A program made the position numbers and the translations under genes. From positions 64,189 to 128,188 of the forward strand of contig CAVVEU010000005.1 in assembly GCA_963747235.1 (NCBI GenBank): a stretch of 64,000 nt of DNA, in the 5' to 3' direction. Of this stretch, positions 19,594-29,788 are shown in pieces (within the stretch, counting starts at the first letter, position 1; each line of letters starts with the position of its first letter). The notes beneath the pieces are model-generated. The model was given only the letters and a program-made list of their open reading frames with translations. It did not search any database and was not told the origin of the DNA. This stretch comes from an uncultured Candidatus Rokubacteria bacterium (GTDB taxonomy: Bacteria; Methylomirabilota; Methylomirabilia; Rokubacteriales; CSP1-6).

Positions 19594-20713
19594 ATGCACT
19601 GCTGCGGTCACGCGTGGGACCGTCGGGAATGGATGTGGAGCACGCTGCTCACCACCGCCTCCGCGATGTTCGCCGGCTGCGCGGGGACCACGGTCCGACG
19701 CGCCGGCCGCGGGGGCGGCGGTGCACCCGTACGCGGCCGCGAGCCAGCTGCTCCGCGACCACGTCTCGATCGACGTGCACACGCACGCGGGCCCGAACGG
19801 CGTCACCTCTCGCACCGCGCGGCCGAGCGACGACCTCGCGCGCAGCATGCGCGCGGGCGGGATCGCGGTCCTCTGCCTGGCCGACGTGCCGGACGGGCCG
19901 ATCCTGGGCCGCGACGCCAGCAACGTGCTCCGCGCGCTGCGCGAGCCCGAGCCCGGCTTCCTCTACCGGTACCACCAGGAGCGCCTCGACTGGCTCGACA
20001 CGCTCACCGCCAAGCACGGGATCCGCCGCGTCCTGACCGTCGCCGATCTCGAGGCGGCCCACCGGGCGGGCGCGCCCGCCATCATCCTGGACATCGAGGG
20101 CCTGGACTTCGTCGAGGGGAAGCTCGAGCGGCTCGAGGAGTCCTACCGGCGCGGCGTGCGCACCATGCAGCTCGTCCACTACACCCCGAACGACATCGGG
20201 GACTTCCAGACCGGGGCCGTCACGCACGGCGGCCTCACCCCGTTCGGCGCCGACGTCATCCGCGCGTGCAACCGGCTGGGCGTCGTCGTGGACGTGGCGC
20301 ACGCGACCGCGGACACCGTCAAGCAGGCCGCTGCGGTCGCGAGCCGGCCGCTGCTGCTCTCGCACACCGCGCTGCGCGGCTCGCGGGCCCAGGGCGAGAC
20401 GCCGCTCGTGGAGCGGCAGATCACCCCGGATCACGCGCGGGCCCTCGCCGACACCGGCGGCTCCATCGGGATCTGGCACTTCTTCGCGACGCCCGAGCTC
20501 TACGTGGACGGGCTGAAGGAGATGGCGGACGTGGTCGGCGTGGATCACGTGAGCATCGGCACCGACGCCTCGTCGAGCGCCGGCCTCTTCCCGGACTACG
20601 ACCGGTTCACGATCCTGGTGGACGCGATGCTCCGCGGCGGCTTCACCCCCGCCGACACCGCCAAGATCATCGGGGGCAACTACCTCCGGATCTTCTCAGC
20701 CTCGGTTCGCTGA
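19594..20713 (+). CDS. Membrane dipeptidase (peptidase M19) with RR/lipoprotein-like signal; frameshift near 19700
   Basis: N-terminus MHCC..DRREW...FAGC is in one frame; DVHTH, IEG, GLTPFG, VDVAH, SHT, IGTD and GGN are in another. Confidence 0.8.
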
Positions 20714-22159
20714 TGAATGCCGCCGAGTTCGACCGCTACGACGGCCTCGGGCTGGCCGATCTGGTTCGCCGGGGCGAGGTGAAGCCGGGCGAGCTGCTCG
20801 ACATGGCCGTCGCGCGCGTGGAGGCCACCAACCCGGACCTCAACGCGGTGGTCTTGCGCCTGTACGACCAGGCGCGCGCGGCGGTCGCCGCCGGCCTGCC
20901 CGCAGGGACCGTTCACCGGGGTGCCGTACCTCCTGAAGGATCTCGGCGCCCACTACGCGGGCGCGGTGACCAGCTTCGGCGGCGCGCTCTTCAAGGATTT
21001 CGTCGTGGACCATGACAGCGAGATCACCGCGCGGCTCCGTCGCGCCGGGCTCGTCATCTTCGGCAAGACCAACACGCCGGAGATGGGGCTCGCGGCCTCG
21101 ACCGAGCCGCGCCTGTTCGGTCCGACGCGCAACCCGTGGAACCTCGGTCACAGCGCGGGCGGCTCGAGCGGGGGCTCGGCGGCCGCCGTCGCGGCCGGCA
21201 TGGTGCCGATGGCGCACGCCACCGACGGCGGCGGCTCGATCCGGATCCCGGCGTCCTGCTGCGGGCTCTTCGGGCTCAAGCCGACGCGGGCGCGCAATCC
21301 CATGGGCCCGGATGCGGGCGAGGGCTGGGGCGGCGCCTCGGTCGGCCACGCCGTCACGCGGACCGTGCGCGACAGCGCGGCGCTGCTCGACGCGACGTCC
21401 GGGCCCGACATCGGCGACCCCTACTGGGCGCCGCCGCCCGCGCGGCCCTTCCTCGACGAAGTCGGCCGCGACCCGGGACGCCTGCGCATCGCCATCACGA
21501 CCCGCCCCTGGAACGGCCAGCCGGTCCACCCCGAATGCGTCGAGGCGGCGCTCGCGGCCGGGCGGCTGTGCGAGCGGCTCGGCCACCACGTGGAGGAGGC
21601 CACGCCGGACATCAACGCCAAGGTCCTGGGCGAGGCGAGCCTCATCGTCGTCGGCGCCAATGTCCGCGCGTCCCTCGAGGCCCGCGCCGCCGCCCTCGGC
21701 CGCGAGCTAACCGCCGGCGACGTCGAGCGACTCACCTGGGCGCGCGCCATGGACGGCCACACCGCACGCGCGGCCGACTATGCGCGGTCCATCGGCGTGA
21801 TCCACCGCACCGGCCGGATCGTCGGGCGCTTCTTCACCCGGTACGACATCCTGCTCTCGCCGACGATGTGCCAGCCGCCCTATCCGCTCGGCGTCCTCGA
21901 CATGATGACCGACGACGTCGAGGGGTACACGCGCGCGATCCTGGGCGCCATCGGCTTCACGTCGCTCTTCAACCACGCCGGGACCCCGGCGATGTCGGTG
22001 CCGCTCGGCTGGTCCCGGACCGGTCTGCCCATCGGCATCCAGTTCGCCGCGCCCTTCGGAGACGAAGCCACGCTCTTCCGCCTGGGCGCCCAGCTCGAGG
22101 CGGCGGAGCCCTGGGCCGGACGACGTCCTCCCGTCGCGGCATCAAGGAGACAGCCATGA
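20713..22159 (+). CDS. Amidase-signature family protein (frameshift near 20905)
   Basis: [15 protein letters not shown]-terminus, then [26 protein letters not shown] and [10 protein letters not shown]. Confidence 0.9.
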
Positions 22160-23940
22160 ACGAGCGGGACATCCGGAAGCTTCTCGACGACGTCAGGGCC
22201 GGGCGTCTCTCACGGCGCGCGTTCGTCCGGACCATGGTCGGCGTCGGCCTCACCGCGCCCCTCGCGGGCCAGATGCTCGCCGGCGTCGGCGCCGCGCGGG
22301 CCCAGACCCGTCCGCCGTTCACGCCCACGAAGCGCGGGGGCGGCGGCCAGCTCAAGGTGCTCTCGTGGGACGCGCCCGTCCTGCTCAACCCCCAGATCGC
22401 GGTCGGTCTCAAGGACTGGAACGTCTGCAACATCTTCTACGAGTCGCTCGTGGCGTTCGATCCCAGCGGCACCCTGGTGCCGGTGCTGGCCCAGGAGGTC
22501 CCGAGCCTCAGGAACGGCGGCGTGGCGAAGGACGGGATGTCGGTGACGTTCAAGCTGAAGCGCGGCGTGCAGTGGCACGACGGCAAGCCGTTCACCGCCG
22601 GCGACGTGGTCTTCAACTGGGAGTTCGCGGCGGATCCCGCCACCGGCTCGCCCTGGTTCGGCGTCTACAAGAACGTCAAGCAGATGGAGGCGCTCGACTC
22701 CCACACCGTGAGATGCGTCTTCACCCAGCCGACCCCGTACTGGCTCACCACCGGCCTCCTCATTCCCCGGCACATCTTCGAGCCGTACAAGGGAGCCAAG
22801 GCGCGGGAGGCGCCGAACAATCTCAACCCGGTGGGGACGGGCGCGTACCGGTTCGTCGACTTCAAGCCGGGCGATCTGCTGAAGGCCGAGCTCTTTCCCG
22901 GCTACCACGTCGCCAACCGGCCGTTCTTCGACACGATCGAGGTCAAGGGCGGCGGCGACGCGGTCTCGGCGGCGCGCGCCGTGCTGCAGACCGGCGAATA
23001 CGACTACGCGGTGGGAATCGCGAACATCGACGATGACGTCCTCCAGCGGCTCGAGCAGGGTGGCAAGGGCAAGGTGGCCATCGCGTTCGGCGGGCGGATC
23101 ACCCACGTCCAGCTCAACCAGAGCGACCCGTGGACGGAGGTGGACGGCGAGCGCGCGAGCGTCAAGTCGGTGCACCCCTTCCTGACGGACCCGGCCGTGA
23201 AGGGCGCGCTCGCCCTTCTCGTGGACCGCGCCGGGATCCAGGAGCAGATCCTCGGCCGTCTCGGGCAGGTCGCCCCCAACTGGATCAACTACCCGGAGCG
23301 CTTCCGCTCGAAGAACATCCGGTGGGAGTTCAGCATCGACAAGGCCAACCAGCTCCTCGATGCGGGCGGGTGGAAGCGCGGCGCCGACGGGGTCCGGGGG
23401 AAGGACGGCAAGCGGCTCAAGATGGTGTTCCAGACCGTCAGCAACGCGCAGGCCCAGAAGATCCAGGCCGTCATCAAGCAGGCGGCCGCCAAGGCCGGTA
23501 TCGAGATGGAGCTGAAGGCGGTGGTCGCCTCGTCGTTCTACTCCTCGGACCCCGCCAATCCCGATACCTACACGCACTTCTACGCCGATCTCCAGCTCAT
23601 GACGTACCTGATGGGGCCGCCCGATCCCGAGCGGCTCATGCGGGTCTTCACCTCGGCGGACGTGGCGACCAAGGAGAACAACTGGAACCGGTTCAATGTC
23701 TGGCGGTTCCGCAACGAGGAGTACGACCGGCTCTACCGGCAGGCGGAGACCGAGGTGGACCCGGTCAAGCGCGCGGCGATCTTCATCCGCATGAACGACC
23801 TCGTGGTCCAGAGCGGCATCATCATCCCCATCGCGCTCACCGCCAAGGCGTCGGCCATGTCGAACCGGCTGCGGGGGTTCGCGCACAACCCCTACGAGGT
23901 CGACTTCTGGTCCCTGCCCTACTGGTACCGGGAGGGGTAG
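22156..23940 (+). CDS. Peptide/nickel ABC substrate-binding protein (family 5), Tat signal
   Basis: SRRAFV twin-arginine motif, WHDGKPFTA.DV.F and PVGTGAY. Confidence 0.9.
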   Translation: MNERDIRKLLDDVRAGRLSRRAFVRTMVGVGLTAPLAGQMLAGVGAARAQTRPPFTPTKRGGGGQLKVLSWDAPVLLNPQIAVGLKDWNVCNIFYESLVAFDPSGTLVPVLAQEVPSLRNGGVAKDGMSVTFKLKRGVQWHDGKPFTAGDVVFNWEFAADPATGSPWFGVYKNVKQMEALDSHTVRCVFTQPTPYWLTTGLLIPRHIFEPYKGAKAREAPNNLNPVGTGAYRFVDFKPGDLLKAELFPGYHVANRPFFDTIEVKGGGDAVSAARAVLQTGEYDYAVGIANIDDDVLQRLEQGGKGKVAIAFGGRITHVQLNQSDPWTEVDGERASVKSVHPFLTDPAVKGALALLVDRAGIQEQILGRLGQVAPNWINYPERFRSKNIRWEFSIDKANQLLDAGGWKRGADGVRGKDGKRLKMVFQTVSNAQAQKIQAVIKQAAAKAGIEMELKAVVASSFYSSDPANPDTYTHFYADLQLMTYLMGPPDPERLMRVFTSADVATKENNWNRFNVWRFRNEEYDRLYRQAETEVDPVKRAAIFIRMNDLVVQSGIIIPIALTAKASAMSNRLRGFAHNPYEVDFWSLPYWYREG

Positions 23941-23977
23941 CCCGCCGCCCGGAAACGCCCCGGCCCCAGGAGCGACC

Positions 23978-24523
23978 TCAGCGGCGAAACCGCCGGTCGA
24001 AGCCGCCGTACTGCGGATTGGGAGTGCCCACCGACGGGTGTGAGACCCACTCCTGCGCGGTGCGGTCGTAGATCCAGGCGCCCTGCCGCACATGATCGGC
24101 GACGGTACCGATTCTCACGACCCCGTAGCTCGCATTCTCGGCATTGTATTGCTCGTACTGGTGCGAGCGAGGCAGCCGCAGGCCGTCCTGGACCAGCACA
24201 CCGCGGTCAGACACCGAGGCCTCCCGGCGAGAATCACGGCCCGAGACGGCGTACTGCCGGCTGGGAGTACCCACCGACGGGTGCGAAACCCACTCCTGCG
24301 CGGTGCGGTCGTAGATCCACGTGCCCTGCCGCACAAGATCGGCGACGCTGCCGATTCTCACGACCCCGTAGCTGGCGGTCTCGAGGTTGTACTGCTCGTA
24401 CTGATGCGAGCGGGGCAGCCGCAGACCGTCCTGGACCAGCACATCGTCCCGCTGCGCCAGCGCCGGGGTGAGGCCGGAGAACAGGAAGAAAGCCGCGAAT
24501 GCGGCCAGCAGAGTGGGTTTCAT
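23978..24523 (-). CDS. Secreted hypothetical protein with two tandem ~60-aa domains
   Basis: Signal peptide ending in ALA-Q; duplicated VLVQDGLRLPRSHQYEQYN...WIYDRTAQEWVSHPSVGTP; GGAGG RBS. Confidence 0.75.
   Translation of the reverse strand: MKPTLLAAFAAFFLFSGLTPALAQRDDVLVQDGLRLPRSHQYEQYNLETASYGVVRIGSVADLVRQGTWIYDRTAQEWVSHPSVGTPSRQYAVSGRDSRREASVSDRGVLVQDGLRLPRSHQYEQYNAENASYGVVRIGTVADHVRQGAWIYDRTAQEWVSHPSVGTPNPQYGGFDRRFRR
24008..24443. repeat. Intragenic direct repeat (about 190 bp, period 243 bp)
   Basis: 24008-24200 and 24251-24443 are near-identical. Confidence 0.9.
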
Positions 24524-24540
24524 GGAGTGGTCCTCCACAG

Positions 24541-25116
24541 TCATTTTGGTTCTGATGGCCTGCGGGCCGATATTGGACCTTGGTCCACGCGGGCGACGAG
24601 CGGCGCCCGATCCGGCTGCACGTGCCCGCAGCCGGAGCACGTGCGGAGCGCGAGGCTCGCGTCGAAGTGCTCGATGGCCGCCTTCAGCTCCCGCTCGATG
24701 TCGGCCACGTGCATCGTGACCTCATGGAGGAGCCGATCGCACCGGTCACAGTACCAGAGGAGCGACTCGGTCTGCTCGGGCCGGCGCTTGACCTCCACCA
24801 CCAGGCCCCAGGTGTCGCCCGGGCGGTGGGGCGAATGCGGGACGAGCGCGGGCAGCAGGCAGAGCTCCCCCTCGCGGATGATCCGCTCGTGCCGCCGGCC
24901 GTCCTCCATGAACTCGAGGCGCATCGCGCCCCGCAGCATATAGAAGATCTCGTCGGACGGGTCCACGTGGAAGTCGCGGCGGGCGTTCGGTCCGCGGACG
25001 ATCATCGCGGTGAACTGCGAATCCTCCCAGATCACCTTGTTGCCGACCGGCGGCTCGAAGGTGGCGCGGTTGTCGTCGATCCACTGCCACAGGTTGAAGG
25101 CAACGAGGCCTCGCAT
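24541..25116 (-). CDS. nbaC: 3-hydroxyanthranilate 3,4-dioxygenase
   Basis: PPVGNK, GPNARRDFH, E.FY, PHSP and rubredoxin-like CDRC...CSGCG motifs. Confidence 0.9.
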   Translation of the reverse strand: MRGLVAFNLWQWIDDNRATFEPPVGNKVIWEDSQFTAMIVRGPNARRDFHVDPSDEIFYMLRGAMRLEFMEDGRRHERIIREGELCLLPALVPHSPHRPGDTWGLVVEVKRRPEQTESLLWYCDRCDRLLHEVTMHVADIERELKAAIEHFDASLALRTCSGCGHVQPDRAPLVARVDQGPISARRPSEPK

Positions 25117-25118
25117 GG

Positions 25119-25556
25119 TCACCTCCGCAGGTAGATCACCAGCGAGACGAGGCTCATCACGATCTCGCCTTGCTGGTTGATGATCCGGCTCTCGATCTTC
25201 ACGGTCCCCCGGTCGGACCGGCTCCGGGACTCGATCTTCTCGCGGATCTCCGATTCCACCGAGAGCACGTCGCCCGGGCGCACCGGCCGGATCCACTTGA
25301 GATCGTCGAAGCCCATGGCCCCCGAGGTGGCGTGCACGGGCGTCATGTGCTCGACCACCATCCGGATGAACATGGCCCCGGTGTGCCAGCCGCTCGCGAT
25401 GAGCCCGCCGAACATGCTGGCCTTCGCCGCGTCTTCGTCCAGATGGAAGGGCTGCGGGTCGAACTGACGGGCGTACTCGACGATCTCCTCCCGGGTGACT
25501 TCGTAGCGCCCGAAGCGCATGACGTCGCCGACCTGCACGTCGTCGAAGTACTTCAT
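25119..25556 (-). CDS. MaoC family dehydratase
   Basis: YFDD, FDPQPFHLD, FGGLIASGWHT and PVRPGD motifs. Confidence 0.9.
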   Translation of the reverse strand: MKYFDDVQVGDVMRFGRYEVTREEIVEYARQFDPQPFHLDEDAAKASMFGGLIASGWHTGAMFIRMVVEHMTPVHATSGAMGFDDLKWIRPVRPGDVLSVESEIREKIESRSRSDRGTVKIESRIINQQGEIVMSLVSLVIYLRR

Positions 25557-26002
25557 GCCGCCGCCGGACGCCGCCGGTACATGGTGATCCCCACGATCGA
25601 CACGACCACGTCTCCATGCTGGTTGATCAGCTCGTTGCGGCGGCGGATGAAGCCGATCGGCTTGCTGCGCGAGGCCCAGGTCTCGAGCACCTCGGTGCGG
25701 CCGGTGAGCACGTCGCCCGGCCGCACCGGCTTGAGCCAGCGGCAGGAGTCGAGGCCGGGCGACCCGGTGGCCGCCGCCTCTTCTCGACGATTCGCGTCCA
25801 CCGAGAGGCGCATCAGGAGGGCGCAGGTGTGCCAGCCGCTCGCGATGAGGCCGCCGAAGATGCTCCGCCGCGCCGCCTCCGGGTCGGTGTGAAACGGCTG
25901 CGGATCGTACTTCCGCGCGAAGGCGAGCACGTCGGCCTCCGTGATCGAGCACGAGCCGAGCTCGATGATCTCCCCCACCGCGAAGTCCTCCCAGTACTTC
26001 AC
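25553..26002 (-). CDS. MaoC family dehydratase
   Basis: GTG start; YWEDF, YDPQPFH, FGGLIASGWHT and WLKPVRPGD motifs. Confidence 0.88.
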   Translation of the reverse strand: MKYWEDFAVGEIIELGSCSITEADVLAFARKYDPQPFHTDPEAARRSIFGGLIASGWHTCALLMRLSVDANRREEAAATGSPGLDSCRWLKPVRPGDVLTGRTEVLETWASRSKPIGFIRRRNELINQHGDVVVSIVGITMYRRRPAAA

Positions 26003-26736
26003 TAGCGCAGCTCGAACTCGAAGGTGCTGACCACCCGGATGCGCTTCATCGGCGTGCTGGTCGGGCTGAACGGGCCCGACTCGTCGTTGCCGTCCATCCC
26101 GAAGATCTGGATCGAGCCCTGGTTGGCGGAGCGGATGACACCCACCTGCGCCCCCGAGTCGGCCGCGAACTGCTGCGCCGTCGCCCGGGCGTTCTTGGTG
26201 GCGTCGGCCAGGAGCTGAGGGCGCAGGTCGTTGAACTTGGAGACCACGTAGCGCGGGTTGGCCGCGCCCTCGCGCTCGCCGTCCAGGATCACGCCGGCCT
26301 TGAGCAGCTCCTCGGTCGCCCCGACCGCGGTCCGCACCAGGTCCACGTTGGGGGTCTTCACGACCACCGAGGTCGTCACCACGTAGCGCAACCGGTCGGC
26401 GGCCTGCGGCTGGCCGTACTCCCGGGCGAGCTTGTCCACCGTGCGGGTGGGCTGCCGCTCGATCTCCGCCTCCGCGAAGCCCTGCTTGCGCAGGAAGGCG
26501 ACCGCCGCGTCGCGGTCCGCGCTGATGCGGGTGTGCGCGTCCTGGAGGCTCTCGCTGGCCCGGCGCAGGCCGAGCATCCAGACCGCCTGATCCGCCTTGA
26601 CCTCCCGCTCCACCAGGCCCTTCACCGTGACGACACGACTGTCGGACCGGAAGCGCATGGCCCCCTTGCCGACGAAGTAGCCGCCGATCGCGAGGCCCAC
26701 CACCAGGCAGAGCCCCACGATGACCGCGGGCACCAC
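26002..26736 (-). CDS. SIMPL (DUF541) domain protein
   Basis: N-terminal TM, VTVKGLVEREVKAD, ATKNARATAQQFAADSG, SANQG and KRIRVVST motifs. Confidence 0.85.
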   Translation of the reverse strand: MVPAVIVGLCLVVGLAIGGYFVGKGAMRFRSDSRVVTVKGLVEREVKADQAVWMLGLRRASESLQDAHTRISADRDAAVAFLRKQGFAEAEIERQPTRTVDKLAREYGQPQAADRLRYVVTTSVVVKTPNVDLVRTAVGATEELLKAGVILDGEREGAANPRYVVSKFNDLRPQLLADATKNARATAQQFAADSGAQVGVIRSANQGSIQIFGMDGNDESGPFSPTSTPMKRIRVVSTFEFELR

Positions 26737-26793
26737 CGCCGACCGATTCTCGCCCAGCCGATTGCCATGCCGCCTTGCTCCTCCCGGGTCGGG

Positions 26794-27967
26794 CTAGCCG
26801 CGACGGCTGCCCGCCCGCAGTATTCCAAGGGTCACGACCCCCGCCACCAGTCCCCAGAACGCGGAGCCGACGCCCGAGAGGGTCACCCCGGACGCGGTCA
26901 CCAGAAACGTGACGAGCGCCGGCTCGCGTTGATTCTCGTCGCGGAGCGCCGCGGCCAGCCCGTTGCCGATGGTGGCGAAGAGGGCCAGCCCGGCGATGGC
27001 GGCGACCAGCTCGCGCGGGAAGGCCGCGAAGAAGCCCGACGACGGTCGCCCCGAACAGGCCGACGACCGCATAGAAGCAGCCGGCGGCCATGGCCGCCAC
27101 GTAGCGGCGGCGCGGATCCTCGTGCGCCTCGCGGCCCATGCAGATGGCGGCGGTGATGGCGGCCAGGTTCAGCGCGAAGCCCCCGAAGGGGGCCAGCGCG
27201 AGATTGGCCAGCCCGGTCCAGCCGATGATCGGCGAGATCGGCACCGCGTAGCCGGAGGCGCGGATCACCGCCACGCCGGGCACGTTCTGGGACGCCATGG
27301 TCACGACGAAGAGCGGCAGGGCCACCCCGATCAGCGCGCCGACGGTGAAGCGCGGCGTCACCCAGATCGGCGCCGCCAGCGCCAGCCGCGCCTCGTCCAT
27401 GCGCAGCAGGCCCTGGCCGGCGGCCAGCGCCACGCCCACCGCCAGGGCCGCGATCACTGCGTAGCGCGGGGCCAGCCGCCGCGCCACCAGGTAGACCGCG
27501 AACATGCCGAAGGCGAGCGCGAAGCGGGTCCGCATGGCCAGGAACACGTCGAGCCCGAAGCGCAGCAGCACGCCCGCCAGCATGCCGGCGGCGATCGCCA
27601 CCGGGATGCGGTCCATCGCCCGCTCGAACCAGCCCGAGAAGCCGGCGATCGTGATCAGCGCCGCCGAGACCAGGAAGGCGCCCGTGGCCTCCTCGATGGT
27701 GAGGCCCGCCGCGCTGGTGACGAGCAGGGCCGCCCCGGGGGTGGACCAGGCCGTGACCACCGGCGCCCGGTAGCGGAGCGAGAGCAGCACGCACGTCAGC
27801 CCCATCCCGAGGCCGAGCGCGAGCATCCACGAGCTGACCTGGGCCGGGGTCGCGCCGACCGCGCCCGCGGCCTGGAAGACGATCACCGCCGAGCTGGCGA
27901 ATCCCACCAGCACGGTCACGAAGCCGGCGGTCACCGCCGATACGGACAGGTCCCGGGCCAGAGACAC
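26794..27967 (-). CDS. benE: Benzoate/H+ symporter BenE family (frameshift near 27036)
   Basis: AWSTPGAALL, TMASQNVPG and NLAAITAA motifs. The C-terminus (REPALVTFLVTASG, SAFWG) is in another frame. Confidence 0.88.
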
Positions 27968-27989
27968 CCGGCCACTATATACTCCCGGC
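27968..27989. promoter_or_regulatory. Overlapping bidirectional -10 elements (leaderless on both strands)
   Basis: TATACT (+, 27978-27983) is 6 nt before GTG 27990; TATAGT (-, 27979-27974) is 6 nt before GTG 27967. There is no room for SD sequences. Confidence 0.7.
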
Positions 27990-28919
27990 GTGCGCGCCTA
28001 CCTGCTGTCGCGACTCGGGCAGACCGTGCTGGTCGTGTTCCTCTCGCTGACCGCCGTCTTCTTCCTGATGCGCCTGGGCGGGGACCCAGTCTTGTTATTC
28101 CTGCCCATGGACATCCAGGCCAAAGACCTCACCGAGTTCCGCCAGCGCCTGGGCTTCAACGATCCGGTGGCGGTCCAGTACGGTCGATTCATCAGTCGTG
28201 CGATCCGCGGCGACTTCGGCGAATCCCTGCGCTACAAGCAGGACGCCCTCGGCCTCGTCCTGCAGCGCCTACCCGCCACCCTCTACCTGGCGCTCGCCGC
28301 GCTCGCCCTCACCTTCCTGATCGCGGTGCCGGTGGGCGTGCTCTCGGCGGTCCGGCGCGGCTCGCTCTTCGACTTCTTCGGCATGGGCGCCGCGGTGCTG
28401 GGCCAGGCCGTCCCCGGCTTCTGGCTCGGCCTCATGCTGATCTACCTCTTCTCGGTCAAGCTCGGCTGGCTGCCCACCGGGGGCACCGGCGGCGCGCGCC
28501 ACTTCGTGATGCCGTGCGTGGTGCTGGCCTCGTTCTACGCCGCGCGCATGGCGCGGCTCACCCGCTCCTCCGTGCTCGACACGCTCAACGAGGAGTTCGT
28601 GCTCACCGCGCGCGCCAAGGGCCTCGCCGAGTGGGTCGTCATCGCCAAGCACGCGCTCAAGAACTCGGCGATCCCGATCGTGACCCTCGCCGGCCTCGAC
28701 ACCGGCCAGCTCCTGGGCGGCGCGGTCATCACCGAGACCATCTTCGCCTGGCCCGGGCTCGGGCGGCTCACCGTGCAGGCTCTGCTCAATCGCGACTTCC
28801 CGGTGGTGCTCGCCGCGGTGTTCATCTTCTCGGTCACCTACACCCTGATCAATCTCGTGGTGGACCTGCTCTACGGCTGGCTCGATCCGCGCACCCGCAC
28901 GCGGGCGGCCCGCGCGTGA
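27990..28919 (+). CDS. Peptide/nickel ABC permease (DppB-like)
   Basis: GDFGESL, EAA motif TARAKGL and ETIFAWPGLG. Confidence 0.92.
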   Translation: MRAYLLSRLGQTVLVVFLSLTAVFFLMRLGGDPVLLFLPMDIQAKDLTEFRQRLGFNDPVAVQYGRFISRAIRGDFGESLRYKQDALGLVLQRLPATLYLALAALALTFLIAVPVGVLSAVRRGSLFDFFGMGAAVLGQAVPGFWLGLMLIYLFSVKLGWLPTGGTGGARHFVMPCVVLASFYAARMARLTRSSVLDTLNEEFVLTARAKGLAEWVVIAKHALKNSAIPIVTLAGLDTGQLLGGAVITETIFAWPGLGRLTVQALLNRDFPVVLAAVFIFSVTYTLINLVVDLLYGWLDPRTRTRAARA

Positions 28920-28938
28920 GCGCGCCCAGGCCGATACG

Positions 28939-29763
28939 ATGAAGACCTTCCTCCGGCGGCACGGCCGCGGCGTCCTCGGGCTCATCATCGCCGCGCTGGT
29001 GGTGGTGGCCGCGGTGGCGGCGCCGATCCTGGTCGCCCAGGATCCGTTGCAGAGCGACTTCGCGATCGGCCTCCAGCCGCCCGGCACGCCGGGCCACCCG
29101 CTCGGCACCGACCAGCTCGGCCGCGATCTGCTCGCCCGCGTGCTCTACGGGGCGCGCGTGGCGCTCTTCATCGGGCTCTGCTGCGTCCTGCTCACCGCGG
29201 TGGTGGGCGGGCTCGCGGGCCTCCTCGCGGGCTACTACGAGGGCTGGCTCGGCGCGGTGGTCATGCGGGTGGCCGACGTGCAGCTCTCCTTTCCGTTCAT
29301 CCTGCTCGCGCTGACCATCAACGCGATCGTGGGGCTCGGATTGCGCAACATCATCGTGAGTTTGTCAGTCGCGGGCTGGGTCGTGTATGCTCGCGTCGTC
29401 CGTGGGGAGGTCCTGTCGGTGAAGGAGCGCGAGTTCGTGCACGCGGCCCAGGCCCTGGGGCTCGGCCGGGCGCGGCTGCTCTTCCGGCACATCCTGCCCA
29501 ATGTGGCGCCATCCATCGTGATCGTGGGCAGTCTCCAGTTCGCCCAGTTCATCGTGGCCGAGGCCGCCATCTCGTTCCTGGGCTTCGGCGTGCAGCCGCC
29601 GACGCCGGCCTGGGGCAGCATGCTCTCGGAGAGCCGCGACTATCTCTACGTGGCCTGGTGGCTCGCCGCGTTCCCGGGCGCCGCGCTCGCGGTGACCGCG
29701 CTCGGCATCAACCTGGTGGGCGACTGGCTGCGCGACGTGCTGGATCCGAAGTTCCGCGTCTGA
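28939..29763 (+). CDS. Peptide/nickel ABC permease (DppC-like)
   Basis: HPLGTDQLGRD, EFVHAAQALG, RHILPN and PPTPAWG motifs. Confidence 0.92.
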   Translation: MKTFLRRHGRGVLGLIIAALVVVAAVAAPILVAQDPLQSDFAIGLQPPGTPGHPLGTDQLGRDLLARVLYGARVALFIGLCCVLLTAVVGGLAGLLAGYYEGWLGAVVMRVADVQLSFPFILLALTINAIVGLGLRNIIVSLSVAGWVVYARVVRGEVLSVKEREFVHAAQALGLGRARLLFRHILPNVAPSIVIVGSLQFAQFIVAEAAISFLGFGVQPPTPAWGSMLSESRDYLYVAWWLAAFPGAALAVTALGINLVGDWLRDVLDPKFRV

Positions 29764-29788
29764 ACATCGAACCAACGAGGAGGCTGTC

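Noticed and set aside
25553-27967. 804-aa apparent BenE-MaoC fusion
   Set aside because: Artefact of the benE frameshift; SIMPL and MaoC have their own starts and the benE C-terminus is in another frame.
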